Shown piece after piece: positions 26,337 to 31,676 of a stretch of 31,676 nucleotides of DNA. Numbering within the stretch: the first letter of the stretch is position 1; every line of letters starts with the position of its first letter. A program made the position numbers and the translations under genes. The stretch covers positions 1-31,676 of the forward strand of contig JADLBA010000062.1 of NCBI GenBank assembly GCA_020848015.1, read 5' to 3'. Origin of the DNA: Crocinitomicaceae bacterium. Lineage in GTDB: Bacteria; Bacteroidota; Bacteroidia; Flavobacteriales_D; Sanyastnellaceae. Below the pieces are notes generated by a model. It was not told the DNA's origin and did not search any database. It was given only the letters and a program-made list of their open reading frames with translations.

Positions 26337-28130
26337 CTAATGCCCTACTTCTCCAGGCTTCAACGGAATTGTCTGTGGAACAAAATCTTCTTCGTGAGCG
26401 GGATTCGAGTAATCATACGCCCAGCGGTGAACCTCGGGAAGAGCCCCCGGCCAGTTGCCGTGAAGATGCTTCACTGGTGTGGTCCACTCCAATGTGTTGG
26501 CACCCCATGGATTCTGAGGAGCGACTTGTCCGTGCCGGATGCTATAGAAGAAGTTGAAAATAAAAAGCACTTGTGCGGCACCGCCAATGATTGCAAATAT
26601 GGAAATCACCGGATTCAGATCCATTACCCAATCGAGAAATGGAAATTCGGAATAGTCGTAGTAACGACGTGGTGCCCCAGCCATACCAATGAAGTGCATC
26701 GGAAAGAACACTCCGTAGCCACACACGAGCGTGAGCCAGAAATGTGCATATCCTAACTTGGTGTTCATCATCCGTCCAAACATCTTAGGGTACCAGTGGT
26801 AAACGCCGCCGAGCATTCCGAATATCGCTGACAATCCCATTACAATATGGAAGTGCCCGACCACAAAGTAAGTATCGTGTACGTTAATATCGAGAGCGGA
26901 GTCAGCGAGAATGATTCCTGTAAGACCTCCGGTTACAAATGTCGAAACAAGGGCAATGGAGAATAGCATTGCCGGAGTGAAGCGAATATTTCCCTGCCAA
27001 AGAGTAGTGATATAGTTAAAAGCTTTCACTGCTGAAGGAATAGCAATCAGTAACGTTGTGAAAACAAATACAGATCCGAGAAATGGATTCATCCCCGTCA
27101 CATACATGTGGTGTCCCCAAACAATGAACGAAAGAAAACCGATGGCGAGAATAGAACCTATCATCGCTCTATAGCCAAAGATAGGCTTTCTCGAGTTCGT
27201 AGAAATGATCTCTGAACTGATACCCAGTGCCGGCAGAATCACTATGTAAACCTCAGGGTGTCCTAAAAACCAAAACAAGTGTTGGAAAAGTAGCGGTGAA
27301 CCACCGGTAACGTCTAACGCTTCCCCCTGTATAAAAATATCGGAGAGATAGAAAGCCGTTCCGAAACTGCGATCCATTATCAGCAATATCACGCATGAAA
27401 CAAGTACCGGAAATGAAAGTACACCGAGAATTGCAGTAACTAACAGTGCCCAAACGGTTAATGGGAGACGGGTCATCTTCATTCCTTTGGTGCGGAGGTT
27501 AATAATAGTGACGATGTAATTAAGACCACCCAGCAACGAGGATACAACGAAGAGCACCATCGAGATCAGCCATAGAGTCATACCCAATCCTGATCCGGGC
27601 ATCGCCTGTGGTAGGGCAGACAGAGGAGGATAAATTGTCCATCCACCGGATGCAGCACCGCCTTCAACAAAAAGAGAGGCAATCATGATGCAACTTGAAA
27701 TGGCAAAGAACCAATAGGAAAGCATATTCAGGAAGCCCGATGCCATATCCCTTGCTCCTATTTGCAGAGGAATAAGCAGGTTGGCAAAGGTTCCGGAAAG
27801 CCCGCCGGTAAGTACGAAAAATACCATAATAGTTCCGTGAATCGTCACCAAAGAGAGATAGGCATTGCGATCCAATATGCCATCAGGAGCCCATTTGTCG
27901 CCAAGAAAAAAATTCAGTATTTGGAAATTTTCACCAGGCCAGCCGAGTTGGAGTCGGAAAAAAATCGAAAGCATTACTGCCACCACTGCCATAAAGATCG
28001 CAGTGACTAAAAATTGCTTTGAGATCATTTTATGATCCTGAGAAAAAATATATTTCGATATCCACGACTCTTCATGTGAGTGATGGCCATGACTTCCATG
28101 ACCGTGAACTGTATATTCTGTGGCTGCCAT
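26337..28130 (-). CDS. coxA: Cytochrome c oxidase subunit I (A-family, aa3-type)
   Basis: TIHGTIMVFF, WFLGHPEVYI (A1-type), VWGHHM, HDTYFVVGHFH, PRRYYDY. Confidence 0.97.
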   Translation of the reverse strand: MAATEYTVHGHGSHGHHSHEESWISKYIFSQDHKMISKQFLVTAIFMAVVAVMLSIFFRLQLGWPGENFQILNFFLGDKWAPDGILDRNAYLSLVTIHGTIMVFFVLTGGLSGTFANLLIPLQIGARDMASGFLNMLSYWFFAISSCIMIASLFVEGGAASGGWTIYPPLSALPQAMPGSGLGMTLWLISMVLFVVSSLLGGLNYIVTIINLRTKGMKMTRLPLTVWALLVTAILGVLSFPVLVSCVILLIMDRSFGTAFYLSDIFIQGEALDVTGGSPLLFQHLFWFLGHPEVYIVILPALGISSEIISTNSRKPIFGYRAMIGSILAIGFLSFIVWGHHMYVTGMNPFLGSVFVFTTLLIAIPSAVKAFNYITTLWQGNIRFTPAMLFSIALVSTFVTGGLTGIILADSALDINVHDTYFVVGHFHIVMGLSAIFGMLGGVYHWYPKMFGRMMNTKLGYAHFWLTLVCGYGVFFPMHFIGMAGAPRRYYDYSEFPFLDWVMDLNPVISIFAIIGGAAQVLFIFNFFYSIRHGQVAPQNPWGANTLEWTTPVKHLHGNWPGALPEVHRWAYDYSNPAHEEDFVPQTIPLKPGEVGH

Positions 28131-28160
28131 TTTAGTACCTCATTAAAATTATAAAACAAA

Positions 28161-29396
28161 CTACATTGAACGTCCGTCAGCAAGCGCAATAACTGTTGAA
28201 TTGCCGGACGGAACTACTGCACCTTTGGGTTCGTCCTCTTCTATCTGAGCGACAAAAGTTTTCTGTTTTTTCAACCAGGCATTGTAATTCGCCTCGTCAT
28301 CCACTACAATCTTAATCTGCATATTGAAGTGCGCAACCCCACATACTTTGTTACAAAGCATCAGGTAGTCAAACGAATCATCGCCCAACTTTTCACGCAT
28401 TTCTTTTGTCGTAATCGTCGGAGTCATTTTGAATCTTGTAGGTACGCCTGGTACCGTGTTCATCTGTGTCCGGAAGTGAGGCATATAGGCAGAGTGTATC
28501 ACATCCTGTGAACGGAATACAAACTCTATTTCGCGGTTTACCGGAATATGAAATTCACCTTTTACGATGCGGTCATCAGCACCGGCTTCCCAAGTACTTA
28601 GATTATCTCCAGCCTTGAATTCCTTCAGATCGAGAATGCGCTGTTTATGGCGTTGCAAACGGTAGATTTTATCTTCCATTGACTCTACCCAACTTTCAGG
28701 AAGCAACTCTGTCCCTTCCGAAAGTTTTTGTTTGATCGCCGCAATTTCACCATCAATGGTATCAATCTGAAGCGTTATACGTTCGGGGGTGACAAGTCCA
28801 AGTGTCTTGTCTGAACTAATCATATTGAAGTCGGCTGTGCCAAATACATTGTTATCGCCCGGATAGCGGACTGTCCAGTCAAACTGTTTGGAGTAAACCT
28901 CGATCCGCAGAGCATCAGCGGCAGCGGGAGAGGTCATTTTATTCCAAGTGATCAGACCGTAAACGATAATAAAAGACATTGAAATTCCGGGGATCAGGGT
29001 CCATACCATCTCAAGCCGGTTATCGTGGTAAAAGAAACGCGCCTTGCGCTCTTTGCGATAGTAGTATTTGAAAGAAAAATAGAACAGCAAAAAATTCACT
29101 ACAAAAAACACAATGGTGATCATAATGATGTTGATGTCCATAAGACGGTCAACGGCCGCCCCATGTTCAGAGGCAGAGTCAGGCAGGTAATCACCATAGA
29201 CAACGTAGAGATATATCGTCGAACCAAAGAACACGACCATCCATACCAACATCAGAAATGCATTCATTTTGTTGTCAGCAAGGCTGATATCCTCTTCACG
29301 AACTTGACGTAGCGAGCGGGTCAGTTCGCTCACTTTGGCCAACTGGGCAATGGCGATGATTCCCAAAACGATAACCAACAGTATCAAAAGTTTCAT
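28161..29396 (-). CDS. coxB: Cytochrome c oxidase subunit II (CuA)
   Basis: LEMVWTLIP, KQFDWTVRYPG, RSQDVIHS, CuA motif CNKVCGVAHFNM. Confidence 0.95.
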   Translation of the reverse strand: MKLLILLVIVLGIIAIAQLAKVSELTRSLRQVREEDISLADNKMNAFLMLVWMVVFFGSTIYLYVVYGDYLPDSASEHGAAVDRLMDINIIMITIVFFVVNFLLFYFSFKYYYRKERKARFFYHDNRLEMVWTLIPGISMSFIIVYGLITWNKMTSPAAADALRIEVYSKQFDWTVRYPGDNNVFGTADFNMISSDKTLGLVTPERITLQIDTIDGEIAAIKQKLSEGTELLPESWVESMEDKIYRLQRHKQRILDLKEFKAGDNLSTWEAGADDRIVKGEFHIPVNREIEFVFRSQDVIHSAYMPHFRTQMNTVPGVPTRFKMTPTITTKEMREKLGDDSFDYLMLCNKVCGVAHFNMQIKIVVDDEANYNAWLKKQKTFVAQIEEDEPKGAVVPSGNSTVIALADGRSM

Positions 29397-29443
29397 TGCG
29401 ATCAGGTTTTTATTTCGGTTCTATTTCTTGTATTCCGTGCCGG

Positions 29444-30688
29444 TTAAATACTGTGATGCTCACTTTCACTGAGGAATGGGTGTTTCGCTGGGATCAGGCG
29501 TGACTTTGTCAGCGCGTTGAGTACAATATAAACAAACAGCCCCGCAAAACCGAGGAACATTCCTATTTCAAACCACCAAGCGAAAGTGATATGATGAGCT
29601 TCGCCGAATCCCCACATCACATGGCCGTGCGTTGTTCCAGGAACCACTGCCATATAAAGATCAAAGAAGTGTGCTATCAGGATAACCACGCATGCGCGTG
29701 CGAGCAGCTTCGAATTGCGTTTTGCATCGCGTGAAATGAGTACATAAAAAGGCACGGCAAAATTGACGGCAAAAATTGTCCACATACCGGTCATATAATG
29801 CTCATAGCGCTCCATGAAATAGGTAACTTCTTCGGGAATATTCGAATACCAGATCAGCATATACTGGCAGAACCAAAGATAACTCCATAACATTGATATG
29901 GCAAACACCCATTTGCCCAGATCATGAATATGGGAATCGTTTACTGTAGTGAGGTAGCCCAACTTTTTCAACCAGATCACCAGCAGGGTCGCAGCAATCA
30001 TGCTGGTGGTCCACATTCCTGAAAAAATGTACCAGCCATACAGCGTTGAATACCAGTGCGTATCTATGCTCATCAACCAGTCCCAAGCCATAGTGGAAGA
30101 AAAGACAGCAAAAAGTACAAGGAAGACGGCACTTCTGCGGTACATACGGTAGTGAATCTCGGTACCTCCTACCTCATCTTCTTTCAGCGACCACTTTTTG
30201 AAATAGCGTACAAATCCGATAAATACAGCGCCATATACTATCACGCGACCCCAAAAGAAAGCAGGTGAAAAGAAAGCTCTTTTTCCCGCGATGATTGCAT
30301 CGTAATGATCGCTGGCGGTATCGTAAATCTTTGGATCCATCCAATGATACAGATGGTGCCCGTGAAATTGCCCAATCAATATAATTGCAGCAACAATTCC
30401 AAAACCGAGTGGCAAATAGGAAAAAATTCCTTCAAAGATGCGCTTTAGTTGCGCCGACCAGGCAACTTCTGCTGCGTACTGTAGCGCATAGAAAAACAGC
30501 GCTCCCAGAGCAATTGCAAAGAAGAAAAAACCATTGATCAGCAAATTGGCCCACCAGTATTGGTGATGCTCTGTTTTATCGCTGAACCATCCCAGCGCTG
30601 CAGCCGCCACACCTACAACCATCAGGGCCATAGACCATTTTTTGGTGCTTGATGGAAACTGGAAATGCAATTTATTATCGTGTGCCAT
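29444..30688 (-). CDS. actF: Alternative complex III membrane subunit ActF
   Basis: About 10 TM helices with DWLMSIDTHWYSTLYGW, HIHDLGKW, LWSYLWFCQYMLIWYSNIPEE. Lies between actE and coxB as in the Flavobacterium ACIII-aa3 operon. Confidence 0.92.
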   Translation of the reverse strand: MAHDNKLHFQFPSSTKKWSMALMVVGVAAAALGWFSDKTEHHQYWWANLLINGFFFFAIALGALFFYALQYAAEVAWSAQLKRIFEGIFSYLPLGFGIVAAIILIGQFHGHHLYHWMDPKIYDTASDHYDAIIAGKRAFFSPAFFWGRVIVYGAVFIGFVRYFKKWSLKEDEVGGTEIHYRMYRRSAVFLVLFAVFSSTMAWDWLMSIDTHWYSTLYGWYIFSGMWTTSMIAATLLVIWLKKLGYLTTVNDSHIHDLGKWVFAISMLWSYLWFCQYMLIWYSNIPEEVTYFMERYEHYMTGMWTIFAVNFAVPFYVLISRDAKRNSKLLARACVVILIAHFFDLYMAVVPGTTHGHVMWGFGEAHHITFAWWFEIGMFLGFAGLFVYIVLNALTKSRLIPAKHPFLSESEHHSI

Positions 30689-30705
30689 AGTAGTCGTTCT
30701 TCCTT

Positions 30706-31395
30706 TTATTGGGCTTTTGGTTGGGCTGTGCTATCAGCTTTTGCTATCAGCATTCCGCTAGCGTCAAATGCCGGAGTAGTATTTCCTGTTTGGAGACATT
30801 TTACCCACTCGATCACCTGCCAGCGCTGAAGCTGATTTAGTTGGGAAGCATGTTGCCCCATCAGCCCCTTGCCATAAGTGATGGAGTGAAACATTTTACC
30901 TTCCGGCAGAGCCTTGAGCTTGGTAGCATAGTCGGGGATACCCTGTATAAATTCATTGACTGAAATAGCTCCGTCTCCGTGTCCCGATTTTCCGTGACAA
31001 TGAACGCACATTTTGGTATATATCTCCCGCCCGCGTTTCACATTGGCTTCGGTGGGTTTCAGGGGACTTTTAATTGCGGCAGAACTCTCATAACCCTCGT
31101 TCGTGTTGGCAAGTGAATAGGGCATTACGAAAGGAGCCATCTCTTGTGAAGTATAGGGAACGGTACCTGGAGGCGGAGTGCGTGATAGCACCGGAGTAAC
31201 TCCCGCTGCGTCTTTCTGCTGTTGTGTCCAGTCAAGTGTCTTGCTGTCGCCATAATCTATATAGGCTTCAAGTGCCGGTGAACGGTACATATCTGGCATA
31301 TACTCGACACCGGGAGCGTTTGGATCTACCGTACAGGAAGCAAACATTACGGCAAGACCAGCAAGGCTTCCGATGATATGAAGAGGTTTGTTCAT
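30706..31395 (-). CDS. actE: Alternative complex III monoheme cytochrome c lipoprotein ActE
   Basis: Lipobox FAS-C, EYMPDMYRS, CVHCH heme motif, ITYGKGLMG. Start set at MNKPLH (31395). Confidence 0.9.
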   Translation of the reverse strand: MNKPLHIIGSLAGLAVMFASCTVDPNAPGVEYMPDMYRSPALEAYIDYGDSKTLDWTQQQKDAAGVTPVLSRTPPPGTVPYTSQEMAPFVMPYSLANTNEGYESSAAIKSPLKPTEANVKRGREIYTKMCVHCHGKSGHGDGAISVNEFIQGIPDYATKLKALPEGKMFHSITYGKGLMGQHASQLNQLQRWQVIEWVKCLQTGNTTPAFDASGMLIAKADSTAQPKAQ

Positions 31396-31396
31396 C

Positions 31397-31676
31397 TTAA
31401 TAATCCTTAATGCTGAGTTCGTAAACATCGGTGGTTCTGATCTTTGCTTCGATATCCGAAGCCGTCAGTTCGTGATTTTGCTCACTGACGATTTCCATTA
31501 CAAATTTATCGTCCGTAGTCCGAGGATCCGGGTTGGATGGCGGCATTCCGGGAAGTGTGCCGTTGCGCAACAGGTAGGTGATGACCATTCCATGCGCACC
31601 GCACAATACTGCAAATTCAAATATAATCGGTACAAAAGCGGGAGCGTTTTCAATCCAAGTGAGATTCGGCTTACCA
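31397..31676 (-). CDS. actD: Alternative complex III subunit ActD (DUF3341), 5'-truncated by the window edge
   Basis: Frame is open to the window end: GKPNLTWIENAPAFVPIIFEFAVLCGAHGMV...PDPRTTDDKFVM. Confidence 0.88.
   Translation of the reverse strand, partial: GKPNLTWIENAPAFVPIIFEFAVLCGAHGMVITYLLRNGTLPGMPPSNPDPRTTDDKFVMEIVSEQNHELTASDIEAKIRTTDVYELSIKDY

Noticed and set aside
312-30268. Numerous 60-170 aa antisense or alternate-frame ORFs in the track (e.g. 13001-13456, 14024-14494, 23002-23457, 26250-26756)
   Set aside because: All overlap well-supported genes and show no motifs; they are shadow ORFs.
26337-31676. Alternative complex III plus aa3 oxidase operon as novel
   Set aside because: Same gene order as the described Flavobacterium ACIII-aa3 supercomplex operon.

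Overview
Bacteroidota (probably Flavobacteriales-type) chromosomal window with no rRNA, tRNA or CRISPR. From left to right: the 3' part of a T9SS type-B CTD surface protein; a decayed IS1634-like transposase remnant missed by the ORF track; radA; and a tightly coupled six-gene operon (DUF2249-Ric, hemerythrin-cupin fusion, DUF1858-2xDUF2249, heme-copper-oxidase-like membrane protein, DUF59/SufT, Rrf2 regulator) with a palindromic operator over its promoter. Next come the alpha-2-macroglobulin-pbpC pair and three secreted proteins lacking a T9SS CTD that share shuffled modules, interleaved with dnaG and rsmA. The window ends with queG, ruvB, an OMP-like gene and the distal alternative complex III-aa3 oxidase operon (actD partial, actE, actF, coxB, coxA). 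The two best candidates for an uncharacterised system are (1) the Rrf2-controlled Ric/DUF2249/HCO-like/SufT operon, probably nitrosative-stress or metal-centre repair, and (2) the modular secreted fibre-like family at 17266-23471, including an ALK/LTK-type polyglycine domain. All family assignments come from motif recognition by eye; no database searches were run.
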